Shown here: piece after piece, positions 39,358 to 47,416 of the stretch
How the letters are laid out: every line of letters begins with the position of its first letter
Position numbering within the stretch: position 1 is the stretch's first letter
Assembly (NCBI GenBank): GCA_963718895.1
Contig: CAVRAG010000008.1
Location: 320,001 to 384,000 of the forward strand
Reading direction: 5' to 3'
Length of the DNA stretch: 64,000 nt
Source of the DNA: an uncultured Nitrososphaerota archaeon
GTDB lineage: Archaea > Thermoproteota > Nitrososphaeria > Nitrososphaerales > Gagatemarchaeaceae
Position numbers and translations under genes: made by a program
The notes under the pieces: generated by a model
The model's database searches: none
The model's input: only the letters and a program-made list of their open reading frames with translations
What the model was told of the DNA's origin: nothing

Positions 39358-39830
39358 TCTCGGGCCATCAGCCTCGCTACCTTCTCGCTCGCGTCGTCGA
39401 GCACCTTGGCGATCTCCGCCCGCCGTTCCGCGGACATATCGGGGAGAGAGATGAGTATCGTCCGCTCGAGTCTTGCAGCGCTCCTCCTCAGAGGGGACTC
39501 GTCCCCACGCATCGACCCGTCGACGTACTTCATCGTGGCGTCCAAATTCTCTTTGTTCCGATGGAGGAACTCCTTCCCGGTTGCCGTGATCGCGTAGACC
39601 GTCTTGCCGTTCTCGTGCGAACCCGCGACGTAGTCCTGGTCTTCCAGCCACTGGAGCGTCGGATAGACGACACCCGGGCTTGGCTCGTAGCCTCCCTCGA
39701 ACGAGGCGGCTATCTCCTTCGCGACCTCGTAGCCGTGCATCGGTCTAGACGAGAGGGTGTTCAATATCAGAAGCTTCGCGGTCCCTCTTCTGAGGGCGCG
39801 GCGCAACGCGACACCGGGCCTCGCGAACAT
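39354..39830 (-). CDS. PadR-family transcriptional regulator
   Basis: PMHGYE...PSPGVVYPTLQWLED...YAITATG. Confidence 0.93.
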   Translation of the reverse strand: MFARPGVALRRALRRGTAKLLILNTLSSRPMHGYEVAKEIAASFEGGYEPSPGVVYPTLQWLEDQDYVAGSHENGKTVYAITATGKEFLHRNKENLDATMKYVDGSMRGDESPLRRSAARLERTILISLPDMSAERRAEIAKVLDDASEKVARLMARE

Positions 39831-39947
39831 GTCTATGCCGATATATCGCGATACATCTTGTTATTTAACCCTTGGGAGGGAGCTCTTCCCGGTAGTCAGC
39901 GTTAAGAGCAAGGCCCGAACGAATGGGAAGGTGGGGCGGGCTCAGCG

Positions 39948-40733
39948 GTGAATTTGAAGGTGGTACGAGCGGTCAGGGACCTTGGAGTGAACAGGGGTGC
40001 GACGGGTCCCCACTTCATGGAGTGCGATGACGGCCTCACGTATCTGGTCAAGTTCTCGGGCGGCTCGAAGGTGGCCGTGAACGAGCTGGTGGGTCAGACT
40101 CTGGCTCGCTCCGTCGCGCTGCCGACACCGAACGGCGCCATCGTTGATGTGAGCGCCGAGGTCATCAATCACTCGAGCGACCTGCGCAACAGAGGGATCT
40201 CCCCCGGTCCCCACCAGGGCTCCGAGGTCATCACGAACTCGTCAGACCTCACTGAGCTGGAGAGACGACGGAGGCGGCTGGACGAGGAACTGGTCAACTG
40301 GGAGATCCTTCCCGGCACGATCTGCCTCGACAACTGGATCCTCACTGAGGACCGAGACAGGCTGGAGAACCATCTCCTTCAAGCGGTCCCGGGTGGGTTC
40401 AGATACTACATGGTCGACTTCACGCACTGCTTCACGGGCCCTAACTGGACAGCGGACTCTCTGGATCAAGGTGCCTTCCTGAGGGTGCTGATGCCCCTCG
40501 AACCACAGATCGCGTCCTCAGTGCGCGGGTTGCCTTCTCTCGAGTCGACCCTGAGAAGGATAGAGAACGTCCCAGATTCCCTGATCGAGGAGACGGTCTC
40601 GGCCATCCCTGGTGCCTGGGGCGTCACCGAGGACGAAAGCGCGACGCTCGTGGGATTCCTGAAGACACGCCGCGGGCTGCTGAGAAGCGTGCTGATCGGG
40701 AACTCTGGAACGTTCCCCAACTGGTCGGCCTGA
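39948..40733 (+). CDS. HipA-like (PI3/4-kinase-fold) kinase
   Basis: YLVKF, VNELVG, LDNWILTEDR, NHL, VDFTHCF. Confidence 0.8.
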   Translation: MNLKVVRAVRDLGVNRGATGPHFMECDDGLTYLVKFSGGSKVAVNELVGQTLARSVALPTPNGAIVDVSAEVINHSSDLRNRGISPGPHQGSEVITNSSDLTELERRRRRLDEELVNWEILPGTICLDNWILTEDRDRLENHLLQAVPGGFRYYMVDFTHCFTGPNWTADSLDQGAFLRVLMPLEPQIASSVRGLPSLESTLRRIENVPDSLIEETVSAIPGAWGVTEDESATLVGFLKTRRGLLRSVLIGNSGTFPNWSA

Positions 40734-40780
40734 AGAACCCCGGACCGAGAAGCCGCACCTGCCGAATAGTCCTGAACGGC

Positions 40781-41557
40781 TCACGTGCCCAGCGCCTGGA
40801 GATCGCCCGCGTCCCAAACGACCAGGTCTTCCACTATCCTCCTCCGCACGCTCTGTGTCCCGGTCATGGCTATTATCCTCTCGAGCATCTGCATCCTTAT
40901 CTCAGGAGGGACAATCTGCGCACCCATGGAGCGCTTAGCCTGCAGGCTTCTGAGAGCGTCGGCCACCGGGAGCGATATCGTCTCGTCCCTGATCCTCTCG
41001 AGCCGCCTCGGCGGGACCTTCGCCTTGAGCTCGAGCTCGTTCTGCCACATCCTGTGCTGTGTCCTGACAGGATAACGTTGCCTCGGATTCGCACCCGGGC
41101 CGGAAGTTCCGCCCACGTCGATCGGGGCGATGGTGCTCTGCGGACCCTGAGGAACTCTGAGAATCGAGACCACGGGACCCTTGGTCACGCGCGCCAGGCC
41201 CCGCATCACGAGGGACCAGTCGACGACGACGTGGAGGACGTGGATGATGATCGCGGCGTCGAAGGACTTGTCCCGGAGAGGCAGCCCGTAGGCGTCTCCG
41301 AGCAGGAGTCGCCCTAGGCCCTTCTCCCTCGCCTTCAGGAGCATCCTGCGCGAGACGTCGATCCCGGTGACCTCGAACCCCAGATCCAGGAGGGGTTTCG
41401 CGAACCTGCCGGTGCCTACGCCCACGTCGAGGACGGTCTTGCACCCCTCGAGCGACTTCGCCAGCGCGGCTATCTCGTCTGGAGTGGCGGATTCCCGCGT
41501 CGCGTCGTATTCGTCCGCCATGCTGTCGTACTCCGCTTCCAACCTGGATGATCCCAT
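40781..41557 (-). CDS. Class I SAM-dependent methyltransferase
   Basis: VLDVGVGTG, GIDVS, GDAYGLP. Confidence 0.9.
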   Translation of the reverse strand: MGSSRLEAEYDSMADEYDATRESATPDEIAALAKSLEGCKTVLDVGVGTGRFAKPLLDLGFEVTGIDVSRRMLLKAREKGLGRLLLGDAYGLPLRDKSFDAAIIIHVLHVVVDWSLVMRGLARVTKGPVVSILRVPQGPQSTIAPIDVGGTSGPGANPRQRYPVRTQHRMWQNELELKAKVPPRRLERIRDETISLPVADALRSLQAKRSMGAQIVPPEIRMQMLERIIAMTGTQSVRRRIVEDLVVWDAGDLQALGT

Positions 41558-41806
41558 GGCCCGGCCCACGATAAAAGGGCTTGGCGAGGTGGTGCGAGAC
41601 GGCATGATTCCAGGACCCTCGACAGGTTCCGGCGGCAATGGTGCGCGATCTCTAAAGTTCCAAAAAGAAGAGGTATGCGGCCTGTTCACGAAGAAACATA
41701 AAACTTAAGTTCCTCAGTCATGGAATATTCTGCTAGATTCCGGTTCCGTCCCACTGTGCCATTCTCGGCTTCCCAGGAGTCATTTTGTTAGCTAAATCAT
41801 GGTGGG

Positions 41807-41845
41807 ATTCAAATATGTAATCATGTGAATACTGAATATTTATTT
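41807..41845 (+). promoter_or_regulatory. Imperfect inverted repeat plus TATA box of the peptide gene
   Basis: ATTCAAAT-N8-ATGTGAAT (41807-41830) then TATTTATTT (41837-41845), 25-33 bp before the ATG. Confidence 0.55.
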
Positions 41846-41869
41846 GCCAGCGGTTAGGGTAGGGTGCCC

Positions 41870-41992
41870 ATGACAACCGACGACAAGATCAGGTACGGGA
41901 TGATCGCACTTACGGGAAGTTCAGTTGTGCTGGCGGCGTTTGGTGTACACATCAACCCACTGACGGCGATTGCAGGTATCGGAGCAGGCTAG
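41870..41992 (+). CDS. 40-aa hydrophobic peptide
   Basis: Hand translation MTTDDKIRYGMIALTGSSVVLAAFGVHINPLTAIAGIGAG; well-placed TATA; pyrimidine tract and hairpin downstream. Confidence 0.7.
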   Translation: MTTDDKIRYGMIALTGSSVVLAAFGVHINPLTAIAGIGAG

Positions 41993-42046
41993 AGACACTC
42001 TACCTCCCTAGACCACTCCCCCGTTCTCTTTCTGCTGATTTCAAAT

Positions 42047-42066
42047 CCCACGGCTGCGGCCGTGGG
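42047..42066. terminator. 8-bp hairpin between the peptide gene and the convergent regulator
   Basis: CCCACGGC-TGCG-GCCGTGGG. Confidence 0.45.
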
Positions 42067-42105
42067 CTCCTCTCGCATTTATCTCAGAGCGACCTTCGCT
42101 CTTAC

Positions 42106-43263
42106 CTAGACGTTTCTGATCGCAGTCTCGAGCGCCTTGAACTTCAGCAGCAACTCCTCGCTGTTGAACTTCCACACCTTCGAGCTTTCGTCGTAGAGAT
42201 TGTATGAGAAGGTGAAGGCCGTAGCATTCTTCTGATCCATCACGTAGTAGCTCACCTTGTCTCGTACCTGATTCATGAGCCTCTGCAGGAACAAGAGGCC
42301 GTCCAGGACCATCTCGCTGGGGAAAGCAATCTCAACGAAGTAGTCGTCGCCCGCTGCCTCTGACCAGACGATCGGCAACCGGTCCATAACCCTCAGAATC
42401 TCCATCTTCTCAGCGGGCGAGGGCCCCTTGACCAGGACGTGCATGACGACATAGCTGTGCGACCGATGTCTTGCCTTGTCCATGACAGGATCCCATCGAG
42501 ACCCCATCCAGTTGATCCTGTACCCTTTGAGCAAGCCGTTGCCCTGCACGTGTTCGCTCATGTGCCAACACAGGGTCTTGTAGTTGACATCGACGCCGTC
42601 CCGCTCCTTTATCGATTGCTGGAGCTCGCCCAGCTCTCGGGTCGCGTCGATTTGCAGCTCCTTGGCGATAAGAAGGTCAAGTCTGTCGAACTTCGACCTT
42701 GGAGAAGCCATGACGGGCGTGTATGGAACTTCCTTCTTGACCAGGGATGGAAGGTCGAACTCCCAGTGGCCCGTCTCGAAGTCGTAGGAGTCTCCGCGCA
42801 TCGGCGCGTTCCTGAACCAATCAAACGTGTAGGGCTCCACGCTCTTGAAGACCCCCTGCTCCCGCAGGGAGTCCGTAAATCGGACGTACTCTCCGACGTG
42901 AGCCGTCGGAACGCTTGCGTGAACGACGTAGACGTCTTCGGGTAGAGCCTTCGCGTAGCTCGTCACGTAGCAGAGCTCGTTCATGGCGAACATCATCGGT
43001 TTGACGTAGTCGGAGTACTCGGGTCCGAATTCCGCCTTCAAGACCACCCGCTTGAGCCCGAGCGCCTCGTGGTTGAGCATTGCCTGGACCGCGAAGTCGT
43101 TCTCTTCCAGCTTCCTGTACCAGTACCGTACGGTCTCCTTGTGCCTCCCCAGCCTTCGGGCCACCTCTGGAATCCTCGGACCGATGACCGAGATCTCCTT
43201 CACCATCGCGGCCATGTCGGCGTTCAGTTTGGCCCCAATGCTCGGTGGTTCGAGTGTCTCCAT
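42106..43263 (-). CDS. 385-aa HTH regulator with duplicated Lrp/AsnC-like architecture
   Basis: VARRLGRHKETVRYWY; DRLDLLIAKELQIDA; paralog of 20117..21274. Confidence 0.7.
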   Translation of the reverse strand: METLEPPSIGAKLNADMAAMVKEISVIGPRIPEVARRLGRHKETVRYWYRKLEENDFAVQAMLNHEALGLKRVVLKAEFGPEYSDYVKPMMFAMNELCYVTSYAKALPEDVYVVHASVPTAHVGEYVRFTDSLREQGVFKSVEPYTFDWFRNAPMRGDSYDFETGHWEFDLPSLVKKEVPYTPVMASPRSKFDRLDLLIAKELQIDATRELGELQQSIKERDGVDVNYKTLCWHMSEHVQGNGLLKGYRINWMGSRWDPVMDKARHRSHSYVVMHVLVKGPSPAEKMEILRVMDRLPIVWSEAAGDDYFVEIAFPSEMVLDGLLFLQRLMNQVRDKVSYYVMDQKNATAFTFSYNLYDESSKVWKFNSEELLLKFKALETAIRNV

Positions 43264-43513
43264 AGTCAGACGACCTCCGGCTCGGACAGTTGGAAGAACG
43301 CCTCAGTTAGGCCCGAAAAAGCGCCTCGGAGTATCACAGGCCGGCCCGCTACGGTACCCCGTCAGACTTTACATAAATAACTTGCGGAACCTTCTGGCAA
43401 ATTGCCGAAATGAGGTGGGTGTTCGTCTTTTGTCGACTTAGGGAGTTGTGAAGACCGGTCTTGTAAGAGCCAGGTTTTTCTCTTGGTGAGCTCAGCCCGC
43501 TGGACGGAACTAC

Positions 43514-44254
43514 TTGACCGACGAGCCCGCAGGGAGAGGGCTAGCTGGAGCGATATCGGAATACGCGTCCCGCGGCCTCCGTCCGTTCGTCCTCCTCTTC
43601 TTGATCTCGATCGGGATCTGCATCATCGTGGTCAGCCTCCCGTTCCTTCCGGGGGAGCGGGCAATCTACGTCAGCCAGAGCAACCAGATCTCCAGTGAGT
43701 TCGCCGGAGCGAGCCTGTTCACGCAGTTCTGGGGGATCTTCACCAACAACCTAAGAATCGCTCTCATCGAGATGATTCCGGGTCCGGGCACGGCTCTCTT
43801 CGTCCTCTCCTTCTACACCACGGCTAGGATCATAGAGGTAGAGGCGCTGACGCAGGGAGTCCCGCCGGTGCTGCTCTTCCTCTTCCTGTTTCTCTTCCCT
43901 CACAGCTACATCGAGCTCCCGGCCTACGCAGTCGCCACGGGCGCGGGCCTCTACTTCGCCTACGCGGTCGCTCGCTGGCTGTTCGCCACCAGGTCGAGCC
44001 CGGTGAACTTCAGGGTTGAGGGCGGGCAGCTGCTGATCAACCTCATTGTAGTCACCGTGATGCTGGCGGTGGCCGCCCTCTTTGAGGCGGTCCAGCTCCA
44101 GCTCAGCGCGGCCCTCTTCTGGACTACGTGGATACCGTTTGCAGGGCTCGTTGCTCTGGCGTTGATGCTGAACAGGCGGCTCAAGAGGATGAGGAAAGAA
44201 AAACGGTCGGAGCTACCTTCCGAAATAAAAATGGAAGATAGCTCGCATCTCTGA
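43514..44254 (+). CDS. SpoIIM/DUF95-like membrane protein
   Basis: IFTNNL, PHSYIELPAY, AALFEA. Confidence 0.85.
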   Translation: MTDEPAGRGLAGAISEYASRGLRPFVLLFLISIGICIIVVSLPFLPGERAIYVSQSNQISSEFAGASLFTQFWGIFTNNLRIALIEMIPGPGTALFVLSFYTTARIIEVEALTQGVPPVLLFLFLFLFPHSYIELPAYAVATGAGLYFAYAVARWLFATRSSPVNFRVEGGQLLINLIVVTVMLAVAALFEAVQLQLSAALFWTTWIPFAGLVALALMLNRRLKRMRKEKRSELPSEIKMEDSSHL

Positions 44255-44268
44255 TTAGTGAGATGGGC

Positions 44269-44475
44269 CTACGAGTTGGAGAGGTAGCTCCAGAGCGTGA
44301 CCCCGACCAGCATCACCACTGACCCCGCAAGCCCGGTTATCAGGGCGCCCGCCACGTCGCCACTTACACCGAGGTGTGTGATCGCGTTGATTACCGGTGC
44401 TCTCACGAGCCAGGCAAAGAAGCCCAGGGCATACCCCAGCAGCCAGAACCCTACCATTACAGCTTTTCGTCCCAT
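44269..44475 (-). CDS. Small two-TM membrane protein
   Basis: 68-aa hydrophobic ORF. Confidence 0.6.
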   Translation of the reverse strand: MGRKAVMVGFWLLGYALGFFAWLVRAPVINAITHLGVSGDVAGALITGLAGSVVMLVGVTLWSYLSNS

Positions 44476-44847
44476 TGTGGATTACCGAAGCATGATACGG
44501 CTCAGAACTTGTAAATGCGGTTAGAGTGGAAACTTTTTACAGACAAGTCGAATTTCTTAGACGCACTCTAGATGAACGCGTGGAAGGCGGTCAGGAGGTA
44601 GGCGGTGGCGCCGCTCGCCACGACTCCGAGCGCGAACGAGACAGCCGTAGCGGTGAGCATGGACTCCTTCTTCCATTCGTCGCTGATGCAGGCCCTCAGC
44701 AGCACGCCGAAGGACCCCATCGGGTCGTTTTCCATTGGTCCTCGCTCCCTGTGCCCCTAATTAATGGTTTTGAAAACCCCGTTTTCGGGTACTTGCGACG
44801 GCCGAAGCAGATAAAACCACCGCGAAGGCCCGGACAAGGGATAACCG

Positions 44848-45558
44848 ATGAAGGCTTCTGCGACAGTGAAGACCGTCGAGCTGGGAGAATACAGGGTGAA
44901 CTACGCCTCCGCGGGGACGGGGCCGACTATGATCATGCTACATGGTTCGGACAAGAGGGAGGACTGGAAGGTCTGGGAGCCGCTGATGACCCTGTCCAAG
45001 GACCACTCACTCGTGATGCCCGATATGGTGGGGTTCGGCAGGTCGACGGTACCCGTCGAGACACCCGACTACAAGGTTCAGGCTCGGGTGCTGCACGAGA
45101 TGATGGACAGGCTTGGGATCCAGAGGGCCATCCTGGTTGGGACCTCTTGGGGCGGTCAGGTGGCGCTCGAACTGGCCATGGGCTGGCCTCAGAGCGTCGA
45201 GAGCCTCATCCTGATCTCGAGCACCTACGACAAGCCGCAGCTGTCGAGGCTCAAGGCCATGAAGAGGCCGACTCTGATCATCTGGGCGGAGGACAACCTC
45301 GTCGCCCAGGTCAAGGCCGCCTATCTGCTTCGGGACTCGATCGGGACATCCAGGCTGGAAGTGCTGGGGGCCGTGGCGAAGAACCCGAACTTCGACTTTA
45401 CGATCGCTCACAAGCTTGAGAGATACAAGCCCGACGTGATCATCTCCCTCATACGAGATTTCCTCTCATCCCCCTCGGAGAAGATAGCAGAGCCGCCCGA
45501 ACTTGAGCCCGAGCTGAGAGGGCTCGCGACGAAGGAAGAGAAGGAGAAGGAGAGCTAG
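44848..45558 (+). CDS. Alpha/beta hydrolase
   Basis: MLHG, DMVGFGRS, GTSWGG nucleophile elbow. Confidence 0.9.
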   Translation: MKASATVKTVELGEYRVNYASAGTGPTMIMLHGSDKREDWKVWEPLMTLSKDHSLVMPDMVGFGRSTVPVETPDYKVQARVLHEMMDRLGIQRAILVGTSWGGQVALELAMGWPQSVESLILISSTYDKPQLSRLKAMKRPTLIIWAEDNLVAQVKAAYLLRDSIGTSRLEVLGAVAKNPNFDFTIAHKLERYKPDVIISLIRDFLSSPSEKIAEPPELEPELRGLATKEEKEKES

Positions 45559-45563
45559 GCCGC

Positions 45564-46173
45564 TTACCGCGAGGCCATCGCTATTCTTTCTTGCTCGTTC
45601 TTCTTCTTTACTGCATGGCTGTTGGAGTCTCCCGACGGCGGCGAGTATGAGCTCGTCCGCCAGGACCTCCTCCACCGACTTCATGTTCCCGAATGCGGCC
45701 TCCCTGACGCCCTCTGAGATGAACCTGAGAGCGATGTCCATCCTCCGCGTCGGCGATATGTCGACCGAGATGTGATAGACGACTCCGCCGTAGCTCATCC
45801 TCGTCGTGTCCTCGTTGGGGGCCGATTTCTCGATCGCCTTCACTAGGATCTGGACTGGGTTCTGGCCCGTCTTCAGGTGTATTATCTCGAATGAAGTCTT
45901 GACGATGTTGAGCGCCTTCTGCTTCTTGCCGCCCATCCTCCCGGTGTTCTTGGCGTTCTTCTTGCCGAAGTGCATCATCTGGTTGACAAGGCGCTCGACG
46001 ACGTTGACCTTGGCCTTTGAGAACTTCTGGTGCTCGTGCCTGCCGCCGGAGTGAGGGATCATCGTGGGCCTGACGTCGATCACGCCGATGAGGCCTATGT
46101 CCTCGACCTTGACCTGGGTGAAGTCCCACTTGCCCCAGAGGAGCAGGTTGGGGTACTCGAGTTTCTGGCTCAT
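45564..46173 (-). CDS. rps7: 30S ribosomal protein uS7, frameshift near 45635
   Basis: VERLVN, NPVQILVKAI, VDISPTRR; correct C-terminus (KKKNEQERIAMASR) in the shifted frame. Confidence 0.97.
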
Positions 46174-46179
46174 CGAAGT

Positions 46180-46608
46180 TTATCTCCTGGGCTTCTCCTT
46201 CCTTCCGTAGACGAGCTCGTTGAGCGATACGCCGTTGACCATTGAGACCTGCCATCGGACTCCGGGGATGTCCCCCATGGCCCTCTTCATCGAGCCGCCG
46301 ATTCCTTCGAGGAGGACCTCGTCGTGCTCGTCGACGAAGTTGAGCGCGCCGTCGCCGGGCAGAAAAGCAGTTACCTGCTTGCCGTTCTTGACTATCTGGA
46401 CCCTGACGCACTTGCGTATCGCGGAGTTCGGCTGCTTGGACTCGATCCCGACCTTCTCGAGGACGATGGCCCGAGCCTGCGGGGCCCCCTCCAGCGGGTC
46501 GGCCTTGACGTCGAGCCTGAGTACCTTCCTCTTGTAGTACTTGTCGCTCCAGCGGAGCCTCTGCCTGTGAAGCTCCATCTGACGAGCGGAAAACTCACCA
46601 CCGGGCAT
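46180..46608 (-). CDS. rps12: 30S ribosomal protein uS12
   Basis: [14 protein letters not shown]; GDIPGVR. Confidence 0.98.
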   Translation of the reverse strand: MPGGEFSARQMELHRQRLRWSDKYYKRKVLRLDVKADPLEGAPQARAIVLEKVGIESKQPNSAIRKCVRVQIVKNGKQVTAFLPGDGALNFVDEHDEVLLEGIGGSMKRAMGDIPGVRWQVSMVNGVSLNELVYGRKEKPRR

Positions 46609-46658
46609 GTAGGTTCAACCCGTGCTCTCCATTGTCTATAAAAGCGTTGACAAGCGCT

Positions 46659-47102
46659 TCACTGAGAAGTGATGATCTGGAGGTTCCCGATGTCGAAGTA
46701 CTTCTTCGCGATGAGCCGGGCCTTCTCGGCGTTCCTTCCGCCCCTCCCGAGGACCGCGCCCTTCTTCCTCGGGTCGACGACGACCGAGGCGCCCTTGGTC
46801 CCGTCGAGCCTGTCCGAGATCCTCACCTCGGAGACGAACCTCGGGTCGAGCGCGTTGCTGATCATCTCGGCCGGATCGTCCGACCACTCCACGACCTCGA
46901 CTGGCTTCTTGACAACCCGCTCGATGTTCTCGATGGTAGCCCCCTTCTTTCCTATCGCCAGGCCCATCTGACCCTTGCTGATGATGAAGATCAGTCTGCC
47001 GCCCTTGTCGTCGACTATGCAGTCCCTGACGGTGGCACCGCTCATGTTCTGGAAGATCGATATGAGGCCGAGCTGATCCGAGGAGAGCTTGATGTTTGGC
47101 AA
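46659..47102 (-). CDS. nusA: Archaeal NusA
   Basis: Two KH domains (AIGKKG, VLGRGG); conserved operon position. Confidence 0.95.
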   Translation of the reverse strand: MPNIKLSSDQLGLISIFQNMSGATVRDCIVDDKGGRLIFIISKGQMGLAIGKKGATIENIERVVKKPVEVVEWSDDPAEMISNALDPRFVSEVRISDRLDGTKGASVVVDPRKKGAVLGRGGRNAEKARLIAKKYFDIGNLQIITSQ

Positions 47103-47109
47103 TTTTCCA

Positions 47110-47412
47110 CTAGGCCTGGAGCGACCTGAGGTCTGACTCCGTTATCTGACGCAGCGCGACCGCGGAGACCTTGTACGGCCTTCCCAGAAGCTTGCCCAGC
47201 TGGGCCGAGTTCTTGTCGAGGATTACCACCGGGACCTTGTTCTTCTCGGCCTCGAGCTTCAGCTGCGTCCCGGCCGGCCCCGCGATCGACGACGCCGCTA
47301 TGACTATCTTCGAGCTCTTGACCTCCGAGATTACCTCGCGGGTGCCGAGCGTGTACTTTCCGCCCTTCATGGCCTCCTTCAGAACGCGTCCGAGAACTTG
47401 TTGGTCCACCAT
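47110..47412 (-). CDS. rpl30e: 50S ribosomal protein eL30
   Basis: GKYTLG, QLGKLLGRPYKVS; conserved operon position. Confidence 0.9.
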   Translation of the reverse strand: MVDQQVLGRVLKEAMKGGKYTLGTREVISEVKSSKIVIAASSIAGPAGTQLKLEAEKNKVPVVILDKNSAQLGKLLGRPYKVSAVALRQITESDLRSLQA

Positions 47413-47416
47413 TGTA

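Noticed and set aside
41870-41992. Type IV pilin / class III signal peptide
   Set aside because: RYG|M lacks Lys/Arg at the -2 position and there is no globular domain.
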